Positions 49,941-64,000 of a DNA stretch of 64,000 nucleotides are shown in pieces. Both the position numbers and the translations under genes were made by a program. The stretch is taken from positions 14,880,001-14,944,000 of the forward strand of contig NC_047028.1 of the NCBI RefSeq assembly GCF_902652985.1, in the 5' to 3' direction. The notes under the pieces were generated by a model that was not told the DNA's origin, did not search any database, and saw only the letters and a program-made list of their open reading frames with translations. Positions within the stretch are counted from its first letter, which is position 1. Every line of letters starts with the position of its first letter. The DNA comes from Pecten maximus. Taxonomy: Eukaryota.

Positions 49941-50009
49941 TTTGACACCCGTCCTCAAATGATGGCTGAGACACCAACCCTCATATGACCTATTTGTTGA
50001 TGTCCTCGG

Positions 50010-52470
50010 GGTTAAGCGTAGGAGGGTAAACAGGGTCTGTGTAGGAGGGTAATCAGGGTTTGTGTGGGAGGGTAAACAGGGTTTGTGTAGGAGGGAAAAC
50101 AGGATTTGTGTAGGAGGGTAAACAAACAGGGTCTGTGTAGGAGGGAAAACGGTCTTTGTAGGAGGGTTAACAAACATGGTCTGTGTAGGAGGGTAAACAG
50201 GGTTTTTGTAGGAGAGTAAACAGGGTCTGTGTAGGAGGGTAAACAGGGTCTGTGTAAGAGGGTAAACGGGATATGTGTAGGAGAGTAAACAGGGTCTGTG
50301 TAGGAGGGTAAACGGGTTAAGCTTAGGGGGTAAACAGGGTCTGTGTAAGAGAGTAAACAGGATCTGTGTAGGAGGGTAATCAGGGTTTATGTAGGAGAGT
50401 AAACAAGGTCTTGATAGGAGGGTAAACAGGGTCTGTGTAGGAGAGTAAACGGGGTTAAGCGTAGGAGAGTAAACATGGTCTGTGTAGGAGGGTAAACAGA
50501 GTCTGTGTAGGAGGGTAAACAGGGTCTGTGTAAGTGGGTAAACAGGGTGTGTGTAGGAGGGTAAACAGGGTTTGTGTAGGAGGGTAAACAGGATCTGTGT
50601 AGGAGAGTAAACAGGGTCTGTGTAGGAGGGTAAACAGGGTCTATGTAGGAGGGTAATCAGGGTTTGTGTAGGAGAGTAAACAGGGTCTGTGTAGGAGGGT
50701 AAACAGGATCTGTGTAGGAGAGTAAACAGGGTCTGTGTAGGAGGGTAAACAGGGTCTATGTAGGAGGGTAATCAGGGTTTGTGTAGGAGAGTAAACAGGG
50801 TCTGTGTAGGAGGGTAAACAGGATCTGTGTAGGAGGGTAAACAGAGTATGTGTAGGAGGGTAAACAGGGCCTGTATAAGAGGGTAAACAGGATCTGTGTA
50901 GGAGAGTAAACAGGGTTTGTGTAGGAGGGTAAACAGGGCATGTATAAGAGGGTAAATAGGGTCTGTATAGGAGAGTTAACAGGATATGTGTAGGAGGGTA
51001 ATTAGGGTCTGTGTAAGTGGGTAAACAGGGTGTGTGTAGGAGGGTAAACAGGGCCTGTATAAGAGGGTAAATAGGGTATGTATAGGAGAGTAAACAGGGT
51101 TTGTGTAGGAGGGTAAACAGGATCTGTGTAGGAGAGTAAACAGGGTTTGTGTAGGAGGGTAAACAGGATCTGTGTAAGAGAGTAAACAGGGTGTGTGTAG
51201 GAGGGTAAACAGGGCATGTATAAGAGGGTAAATAGGGTCTGTATAGGAGAGTAAACAGGGTTTGTGTAGGAGGGTAAACAGGGTTTGTGTAGGAGGGTAA
51301 ACAGGGCATGTATAAGAGGGTAAACAGGATCTGTGTAGGAGAGTAAACAGGGTTTGTGTAGGAGGGTAAACAGGATCTGTGTAGGAGAGTAAACAGGGTT
51401 TGTGTAGGAGGGTAAACAGGGTCTGTGTAGGAGGGTAAACGGGTTAAGCTTAGGAGGGAAAACAGGGTCTGTGTAAGAGAGTAAACAGGATCTGTGTAGG
51501 AGGGTAATCAGGGTCTATGTAGGAGAGTAAACAGGGTCTTTATAGGAGGGTAAACAGGGTCTGTGTAGGAGAGTAAACGGGTTAAGCGTAGGAGGGTAAA
51601 CATGGTCTGTGTAGGAGGGTAAATAGGGTTTGTGTAGGAGGGTAAATAGGGTTTGTGTAGGAGGGTAAATAGGGTTTGTGTAGGAGGGTAAACAGGATCT
51701 GTGTAGGAGGGTAAACAGGGTCTGTGTAGGAGGGTAAACAGGGTCTGTGTAAGAGGGTAAACGGGGTCTGTGTAGGAGGGTTAACAGGGTCTATATAGGA
51801 GGTTAATCAGGGTCTGTGTAGGAGGGTAAACGGGGTTAAGCGTAGGAGGGTAAACAGGGTCTGTGTAGGGGAATAAACAGGGTCTGTGTAAGAGGGTAAA
51901 CAGGGTCAGTTTAGGTGGGTAAATAGGGTTTGTGTAGGAGGGTAAACAGAATCTGTGTAGGAGGGTAAACATGATCTGTGTAGGAGGGTAAACAGGGTCA
52001 GTAGGGGGCTAAACAGGGTCTGTTTAAGAGGGTAAACAGGGTCAGTGTAGGAGTTTAAACCAGATTTGTTTAGGAGGATAAACATGATTTGTGTAGGAGG
52101 GTAAACAGGGTCTGTGTAGGAGAGTAAACGGGGTTAAGCGTAGGAGGGTAAACATGGTCTGTGTAGGAGGGTAAACATGATCTGTGTAGGAGGGTAAACA
52201 GGGTCTGTGTAAGAGAGTAAACAGGATCTGTGTAGGAGGGTAAACAGGGTCTGTGTAAGAGAGTAAACAGGATCTGTGTAGGAGGGTAAACAGGGTCTGT
52301 ATAGGAGAGTAAACAGGGTTTGTGTAGGAGGGTAACAGGGTCAGGGGGGGGGGGGGGGGGGGGCTAAACAGGGTCTGTTTAAGAGGGTAAACAGGGCCAG
52401 TGTAGGAGTTTAAACCAGATTGGTTTAGGAGGATAAACAGGATTTGTGTAGGAGGGTAAGTAGGGTGTGT
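50010..52470. repeat. G-rich minisatellite, 23-bp unit GTAGGAGGGTAAACAGGGTCTGT, ~105 copies
   Basis: Direct inspection. Confidence 0.97.
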
Positions 52471-53335
52471 TAATTCCAACCAATATTACTCCAAACTGAT
52501 AGCTGTCGCCCTCATTGAACTCCAACCAATATAATAACAATGCTATAGCTTTCATTGACAACATCCAATATCACTCCAAAGTCATAACTTCTTTTGAATC
52601 TCAACCAACATTACTCCAGTGTGATAATTCTAATTTAATCCCAACTAATATCACTGCAAAGTGATAGATTGTTTTGAATTCCAACCTACACAACTCCAAG
52701 GTCATAACTCTTATTACATTACCAATATAACCTCAAGGTCGCATGGTATAACCAGTATGAGTATGTCCCCTGATCAGAGTGATGCCGTTTGCACATCAAT
52801 GAGATAAAAGCATTTGCATTGTTTATTGTATCAAACATAATTCTATATGAAAAGCACCATTCATGTTTTAAATCCAGTATAAAACAATGGAGAATACCGA
52901 TACATTCCATAAACCATAACTCTGACTCAAAATCTATAACATGACGGCAAAATATAAACAACACATATATTAGTATGGGGACACATAAAAACATACAGAT
53001 ATGATAAGACCAGGTGTCCTAAAGCATAAGCGTCCTTTGTTTCATTGACGACACCCACCATACAAATCTATGTGAAATCCAAGACAAGTCACATTCTTAA
53101 ATTGAGATGTAGGGTGATGACAACGGAATCGCCAGACATATAAACTTAGAACTGATGATTGGAATCACGTAGTAAAACTAATAATATAACAAGGTCATCA
53201 ACAATAAAGATTTCTCTCTTATACGTTATATCGATGCCAGAAACTGTATAGTGTTTTAAATTCGCGGGGTTAGTATTTTTCTTTTTTTGAACAGTTATGT
53301 TTCGCTGTACACTGCGTAAAAACCCACAATGGACG

Positions 53336-53382
53336 AGTACAATAGGAGTAACAATAGGAGTAACAATAGGAGTAACAATAGG
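53336..53382. repeat. 12-bp tandem repeat AATAGGAGTAAC x4
   Basis: Direct inspection. Confidence 0.85.
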
Positions 53383-53742
53383 TGTATTTCATATGGACGA
53401 CATGTCGGACCCCGTTACATTATATTGTTCTTTTATGTAAACATTTTGTAAATGATAACGGTTTTCTGCTGTTGTGAAAATTAATGCAGTGATTAATGAA
53501 AATTCCCGATGATATTGGACTTGTACGGGAATATATACCGAAATCATTAGTAATACTCTAGCCTTGTCTGTAATTAAAACCCTGTAATGGATCTGGGTCC
53601 GGCCTCGTAGATACCCGACAGTTTGGTCATAACAATTATCACTATCAATAGATTATCAGTCCACCGGTAAATTACTGGGTCGGTCGAGTTAGAACAATGA
53701 AGAATTTAATCAAGGTTCGCTAGCTCAGCACCATGGCTCCCG

Positions 53743-53749
53743 TATAAAA
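53743..53749 (+). promoter_or_regulatory. TATA box, tubulin C
   Basis: TATAAAA 68 nt upstream of ATG. Confidence 0.7.
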
Positions 53750-53810
53750 GATCTGGATCCCGCAGTACAAACCACTACGGAGAAGATCGGCAACACAGAC
53801 ACACATCAAC

Positions 53811-55791
<1,981 letters not shown>

Positions 55792-58438
55792 TTCTAGTGA
55801 ACTAGTTTCTATGGACTAAATTTCAATCACTGCCGTATTAACTAATTCTTTACTCTCATTGGTCCTGCTGAGTACGGGGCTTATTTTTAGGAAATTCAAA
55901 AAAGATTTATTCATTAGGTTGACTAAGAAACAAAATGACAATATTAGATTCAAATCAAAAACAAGTAATAAAAATCAGTTGAAAGTTTGATGTGTTTTCT
56001 AGTTCTTCTTTTACGTTGGCCGAGATAGTATGTCGAAAACAACAATGGACTCGAAGACAAAAGGCTGTTATCTGGCTGGCCATCAAAGATTTTAAAGGTA
56101 ACTGCGTACACACAGTTTTGTAGTTAAGTATACAGCTCATTAAAGGTATAAATTACAATACACTGTGTCATTTTCTGGAACAGAGTTCAACAATATACCA
56201 AACCCTTTAACATTGTCTTAAATAATGCAAATCTGTGTGCAGATTCAGATGTTAAATGCGATTTTCAATGTCTGTGATACAAGTTTCTTTGTTCCTAAAA
56301 CAAAATTACTGACAATGTCCATTCCATCATGTTGACTGACCTTTGCTTGGTGACACACTAAAGTTAATATCTTAATTCCTATATTTAATAAAACATACAA
56401 ATGTTCTCGACATTATTTATTCAATGATAGCATTGTTACAACTTTGATAAAACAAAACGCATTCAATTCTAAAAATAACTCGTAATTTTCGTAATTTAAA
56501 GAAAACATACACTTGTATTTGCATGCACATCTAGATGTCGTTATAAACAATATAACACATTATATATTGTCATCAGATAATTCTTATCCTGAGATAACGT
56601 ACTATTTAAATTATGTCAGCTACATAAAGTTTAATGTATACTCGAGATCTTTACTTACAATATAACCATCACGGACAGTCAGTTTCCATTTCTTGATTGT
56701 AGCATCATTGTTTCCCCTACATACGGTTTCCAAGGGATTGTTTCTATTACCACGATTTCCGTGAAATACTACTGACGGAAAACTGATAACACACAGTTTC
56801 AACAGACGCAGAAGTAGACCATGGAAAGATTTTATGACTGATATCTTGATAGTGCGATATGAAGTCATACGTGTTCGATGTTTATTGGTATGCCTAGTGG
56901 TTCTTCTAAGACCTAGTGATTGGACCTAGATTTTCATTTCGATTGTCGTCATTAAACAGAAGACGCTTACCCTTCGGAACACCTTGTGTAAGGCTTCTTG
57001 TGTTGTTTCAATGGTCTCTTGCTATTGTATATTTTATTAATAGCTTTAACCTCGTTTTATCGATTTAAGTTACGGGTTTGCTTGAATGTCGGTATTCCTT
57101 GTTATATTATCACTAATGATGAGGAGGTAATATGAACATTTAGGTAAAGGATTGTAGAACAGATACACGTTAGAGAACACCTTTCAGTAAGGAATTATTA
57201 ATTGCTGCAGCATGATGAATATAGAACTATAATTATATTTTACAGTCATTTCATTTTTTTATGACTCCTCAGTACTGCATGGGACAAATTCTTCCAATGA
57301 GACTTGATAGATATGCTGGGTCAATAATCACTATAAATATATGTCTATATGAGTATAAAGTTATGTACCATATCAGTATTATGTCAATCTGGGATTCGTG
57401 AGTGATGCTATATATATTAACAGAAACTCGTGTCTGAAATGTTCCGATGCATATACAGATCAAAGAAAGGCGTGTGTAAAACAGGAAATGCACTTATATT
57501 TTCTATTATTGATTTTATATTTTGTATGTAAATGAAAGAATAAGCTACGAGGAATATATATATTTTTCCTCGTCTAGCAACACTGACGTGTCCTAGAAGG
57601 ATAAAACAGCTGTATTTTGGCCCTAGCATCACTTACAATTCCTTGAAGGAGAAACTAGCTGTACGATTGCCCAAACATCACTGACGAGTCCTAGAAGTAA
57701 AAAACAGCTGTAAGATGGCCCTACCAAACAACCTTACGGAAGTTTTATATTCATTACTCAGCAATTATTGAAAAAATGATTACATTTATATATAAAGGCG
57801 ATATACATTTACGTGTCACTTGTTCAACCGTTAAACGTTACAGTTGTATTACATATAAACCAAAGGCACGTACTTTCTACCTACATAGATACGCTTTTCT
57901 TACTACGTTTGATATAATTATAGGGTGTTACAGACCCTTGAATGTCAATTCATCGCAAATATTACGTTAAATCAAAATTTGGTATCACCTTGGAAGCGTG
58001 TTTCGACTGCCTTTCTAATTATCAGTGTTTCTCCTTTTTACTGTCAACAGTCTATAAGCATATCTAGTTTGAGACATGGTACTTTTGCCTTAGATTAATT
58101 CAAGTGGTCAACTCTTCGTCAATTAAAATAGCATTTCTCCATGGCAGTGAGTGTAACAAACATTAGTAATACAGGACAACCTGACACCGTGTGAGGTACA
58201 ATAATTAAATAGTAGATCCCTACCCCGTATAAAAAGCTAGCAGTAGATCGATACCCGATACCACTCCATGTCAAATAAGGTATTTAATAGATCTGATAAA
58301 TGGGACCTTAAACAAGACGGCTATGGTATGATAAAACACGTAACCAAACCTTATCTTTAATTCCTTTTATTCGCACGAACCTATATTGATAATAGTGAAT
58401 CACTGAGCCGGATCGTTGGCCGAGCTCCATAGCTTTGA

Positions 58439-58445
58439 TATAAAA
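58439..58445 (+). promoter_or_regulatory. TATA box, tubulin D
   Basis: TATAAAA 85 nt upstream of ATG. Confidence 0.65.
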
Positions 58446-58523
58446 GTCCAAGGGACACTAGACAACATATCATTATCGGCGAAGTTGACCACTTCGGAAT
58501 CACAGACAGACACAGCTACCAAC

Positions 58524-59515
<992 letters not shown>

Positions 59516-60654
59516 TGAAGGGAGGAACACATATCTATGAACCGCAGTAGATCACGAAATAGATAAAAACGAACTGTAATGATGTGAAGGTATCCATCAC
59601 TTTAAACCGGAAGTACATAGTAATATACGCCAGAAATAAACTAATAATTTGATTAGAGTGTAAACACAGCCGTAGTCAAACATAACAAGATAGTACTAAT
59701 ACAGACAAATAAAACATGACGTCAATGCGATGTTGTCTTCCTCTTGTTTTATGACCATTGTTAGCAATGGGAATGTATGAAATGAAATGAAAATAATTTG
59801 ACCACAGTTAACATAATACGATTTGCATTAAAATGGAATCAACTAACCATAATTATGAATCATGTGTTTAAAATATACTTAAGACGATAACTTGATCTGC
59901 GCTGTCTAATGAAGCTGATCTGTGACATAAACCACAAAATGTTCTAAAACTAATAGATAACTATAGATTATCTATTATCATAAGTATCAATGTTAAATTT
60001 AATTGTTTTTTCTCAATGTGACATGGAGATGACTGTTAGTTTCTCTTTATAAAAAAATGTAATGTGTTAGATTCCATCATCTCATTACTCATATTCGTGA
60101 GAAAATATGCGAAAATCCTACAATAGATCCCACTTTGAGAAGGAAATTTCGACTGCCAATACATTTTTTAGTGTATGACGTCATTCATTTATGGAAAATT
60201 GATACCACGACAGTGTTAGTATATATGTGTCGTAAGGTTTTGATGACATGGATATATTATATGGTAAAATAGGTAAAATGTATGACAATACGTATGTAGG
60301 CTCAGATCATCAGAAGTAGAGTCAATAATGAATTTTCAGGGCGGCACACATAGCGCCACCTAGGTTTAAACTATAAAGGAGGACATGATAAGGGGGAATA
60401 ATTCCAACATGATGTGTATGATATTAATAGTCTCTTCAAAGTGAATCAAATCAAGGTCAAGATAGTGTATAACATTAACGATTAACACAATATGGATATG
60501 GTTATTAATATACAGTTAACAAAGGAATACATATCCAGTTAGCATTACAGGTTTAGATGGAAACTGGGTATAGGTTCGTATGAACACGACTGTTTCTCCT
60601 CAGATATACATGTACACTAGAAGTGTGGAATAATAATTCTCGAAGTAGTACTAT

Positions 60655-60800
60655 ATAAATAGAGGTTACGCAACGAGTGGTTGGTGGAAATGTAATTTAT
60701 TTCACTCGAGTAAGTTATTTTTCTAAAGTTACTAAAGATACGAGCTTTAGCGAGTTTTTTGTTACTTTTACAAAATAACTTACGAGTGTGAAAAAATATC
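60655..60800. mobile_element. Palindromic repeat element (~90-bp imperfect hairpin), related in style to 43438-43550
   Basis: TTCAC...GTAAGTTATTTT...AAAATAACTTAC...GTGAA arms, preceded by ATAGAGG as at 43440. Confidence 0.5.
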
Positions 60801-61694
60801 CAAAATTCACGAGTCGTGAGACCTGTTTCGGCCAAGTCTAAGTTAGGGTGTGCAAATAAGGTGTACAAGTGACGGCCGGGACCCGGTGATGTGACGTCAT
60901 TCGATTATTGATGACGTTGATAACAATTGCAGTTCGGGTCAAATGTCACCGTGTCAACCAATCAAAACACGTTTAGGGTTTATTCCACGTCTGGTATAAA
61001 CTGAATGTTATTTTAAAAACAGTTGTAATGATTATTGCATGCCTTGGGAGCTGAATAACACCCACCTATTGTGGTAGAAATGGTAGTTAAGGAAGTGAAA
61101 AGCTGAAATAAATCTAACACGAAGTACGATATGCTGATTTACGTAGCATATGTCGTTACCGGTTATACAACAATATTGACTTTAATATTAACAGGACACG
61201 CGCGTTATGGAAACCATTCAAAATACAGCATTTAATCATTCAAGTTATGAAGAAAATTGACCTACTGGTTCGCAAATTAATCGATATGGTGAGAATGAAG
61301 TGTGTGCGGGTATATATAGGTACTACATAAGCTGTGGTACGACATCTATCACCATGTAGTGTTTACAGTACGTATATTGGACGATATTCCTTTGTACACA
61401 GACTTGTTTGCTCAAGACTTAATGTCCTCGCAACTGACATGGGGATATAGGGACGAGAAAAAATGTCACATAAATAGAAGTTATCATGTGGTCTACAGAA
61501 AAAATGTTATCAAGTATTCGACACTTATTCGACTGCTTTTTGCACAATAATAATCAAATTCTTTTCGTTTGAAAAGTAACTCTGTACATTTTGTAATTCA
61601 ATTGGATTATTATGTTTATACAAACTTCATTGTGGAGAAAATGAAGAGAATTATCAAATACCTTTTTCTAAGTGAGCGATAGGATTCCATACCA

Positions 61695-61930
61695 CTAGCT
61701 CACTTGGTCCAGGGGATACCATGGCGCAGCGTCCGTTGTCCGCCCGTCCATTGTCCGCCCGTCCATCAACTTTTTCTTTAAATCGATACAAAGACCTTCC
61801 AGAGCGTCAGTTTGTGGTTTTCGATCAAATTTTGTCTCAATCACTGTTGGGTGTAGTGGATTCAATGTTGTATAAATTGAGAGTCCAGCTCTTTGGGGAA
61901 GGGGAGGGGGGGCTTTGAAGTATATCATTT
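61695..61930 (+). mobile_element. Helentron-associated/HINE-like interspersed element fragment
   Basis: TAGCTCACTTGG... followed by a (GTCC)n-type microsatellite (CGTCCGTTGTCCGCCCGTCC) then AACTTTTTCTTTAAA, the layout recalled for DINE/HINE-type elements. Confidence 0.5.
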
Positions 61931-62079
61931 AAACTCCTTCTTCTATAGGACAGTTTTGCTCCCTTCGGATCTAGAACATTATTGTGTGGATGATACAATC
62001 CTCACTCTTCTAAGAGAATAAAGACGTATTGGTCAGTACATGGTCTGTAGCATTTCTAGGTAAAGGGGAATCGTTGTTA

Positions 62080-62229
62080 CATGGACGCTGGTTCTTCTTC
62101 GGGGTCGAAGACCTTTTTGAAAGAGGGAGCAATGTCACAGAACTGGACTGGGCTGAATGACGGTGGCCAGGTAGCTCTTCGGAGGGTCTGGGTTCGAGTC
62201 CAGCCTCTCCTGTTATATTGGCGCCCAAC
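62080..62229 (+). mobile_element. Non-autonomous LTR retroelement fragment (TRIM-like): internal end, PPT, short tRNA-derived LTR and tRNA-Lys PBS
   Basis: PPT GAAAGAGGGAGCAA abuts TGTCACAG (62133). LTR ends CTGTTATA (62217) and contains B box GGTTCGAGTCC. TGGCGCCCAAC at 62219-62229. Confidence 0.7.
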
Positions 62230-63244
62230 TAAATAATACCCACATAAGGGCTGGCACAAAGAGAAACTAAAGATAAGATATCAAAGAAACTGAATTTGTT
62301 ATAAATCATTTATCTGTTGAACCATGAAATGAAAGTGTTCATGTGTAATATAATTGTTGAACTATACAGGGGAGATACGATACAGGCCCCTGGGCATCTT
62401 GTTTTATGGTATGGCTATATTTTTTAAAATGTATTTACAAAACCATTTAACTTCGATATTTGAATCACATAAACAAAAGAATTCACACTTCGATATTAAA
62501 CACTTATATTTTTATTCCGGAAGTGGTATAATTATATATTATAAACAAGTTTTCAGATACGTGATACCACTCCGGGCATTAATTTCAATATTGCGCGAAG
62601 TAAATTTGATATAATCGTTAAAATTAACGGAAGAGGATAATTATATGTAATTACCAGTTGAAATAATTGTCAGGGGAGATAATCCTGATTATACATTGTC
62701 TTTATGCCTGAAGCATAAATGAAGGCTGGTTAAAAGGTTGATGCCTTAGGGAAGTCATTGTATTACTGTATGTCCTGATTTGACACTTACCACTGTCTGG
62801 GGGCTCCAAGCCTTACTCTTATGTTATAACACTTCAACACTGAATGGCCATACAGATTTGAAAATTTTAAAAGTAAATGTTAGCTAAAAGTTAAAAGAAA
62901 TATCTAGCTTGAGTCATTACAATTTCTAAACTTAAAACTTCAAACACATACAAAAATACATAATAAGGGTATATTTGTTAATTTAAACTTCAAGACACAA
63001 ACAAACCATGTATATTGCCATTGAACTCTTTGTATTCCTAAACTTTAAACAATAAAACCTATACAAGTTATGGATTATGATTTTTTTTTTTATAATTTTG
63101 CTCTCTGGTATTTCAACTTAAAACATATACAAGCTATTTATACTGGGGCTGTATCTATTTACTCATAAATTTAAATTAAAAACCTAGAAATAAGCTATGG
63201 ATATTGACAGAGTACATTGTATTTTGATTTTTCAAACTCAAAAA

Positions 63245-63466
63245 CACATACAAACTGTAGATAATTACACTCTTTAAAACACTTACAAACTGTGGATAGT
63301 GACAAACTTTAACATGCATACAAACTGTGTATAGTGACAAATTAGAAAAAAAACACACACATACAAACTGTGTATAGTGACAAATTAGAAAAAAAAACAC
63401 ACACACATACAAACTGTGTATAGTGACAAATTAGAAAAAAACACACATACAAACTGTGTATAGTGA
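63245..63466. repeat. Minisatellite, ~40-bp unit CATACAAACTGTGTATAGTGACAAATTAGAAAAAAAACACA
   Basis: 4-6 copies. Confidence 0.85.
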
Positions 63467-64000
63467 TAGTGTATTTGTACCAGAGCCACAATTGGGTGTA
63501 TACAATGGGCGTGTATGTCACACTCTGACGGTTGAGATGTGTGTCAATATAGAGTTTCGGTTTATTTGTCTACCCGAGGACGTTGTGTTGACCTTCTATA
63601 ATACCGCTTTATTACCGAGGTCGATAATCTACCCCACTTTACTGGCTGGTAGGACAATCAATGAAAGCCTTTACAAATCCTACCGCTACAAATCCACCCT
63701 CTCAACCAACCTGATAAGTATGGACGATTGTGTAGATTATCTCGTGAAATATTTATAAATTACACAAATGTGTACGTTTAAATATAAGACCAGAAAAACT
63801 CAGTGCCCTGTCCGGTGTCATATCCCGAGATATATTTTATAAGAAACACAAACTACGTCACATGTATCAACTCAGCAGACTTTGTTTTATATCCCACTAT
63901 ATTTGTTTAATTAAAAAGTATATGCAGAAACAAAGATACCTACTAATTACTACTAGTAAATCCCAATGTTTAATTATCTATCTCAGTGTTGGAATTTTGA

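Noticed and set aside
50310-50330. Telomere-like GGGTTAAGCTTAGGGG
   Set aside because: Isolated variants of the 23-bp unit, no (TTAGGG)n run.

Overview
AT-rich eukaryotic (invertebrate, probably bivalve mollusc; taxon inferred from repeat types) genomic scaffold with one 149-N gap. Left part: a 15-coding-exon glycerol kinase 5-like (FGGY family) gene on the minus strand, running off the window start, head-to-head with a tRNA-Asp(GTC) gene. Right part: a tandem cluster of four same-strand beta-tubulin loci, three intact 4-exon genes (444 aa) and one internally deleted copy. About a quarter of the window is minisatellite arrays, plus MITEs, a CORE-SINE fragment and a tRNA-derived short LTR. Most striking observations: (1) two intronic minisatellites in GK5 are amplified copies of the exon 3' end plus its own 5' splice site, giving tens of decoy donors; (2) beta-tubulin copy B carries copy A's 3' end and 71 nt of A's UTR in front of an orphaned second C-terminal tail; (3) exon-restricted homogenisation of the tubulin paralogues; (4) a deleted 'mini-tubulin' retaining promoter, MREI exon and C-terminal helices; (5) a PPT-LTR-PBS unit with a Pol III B box. 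All exon coordinates were derived by eye from splice signals and frame continuity. No database searches were run.
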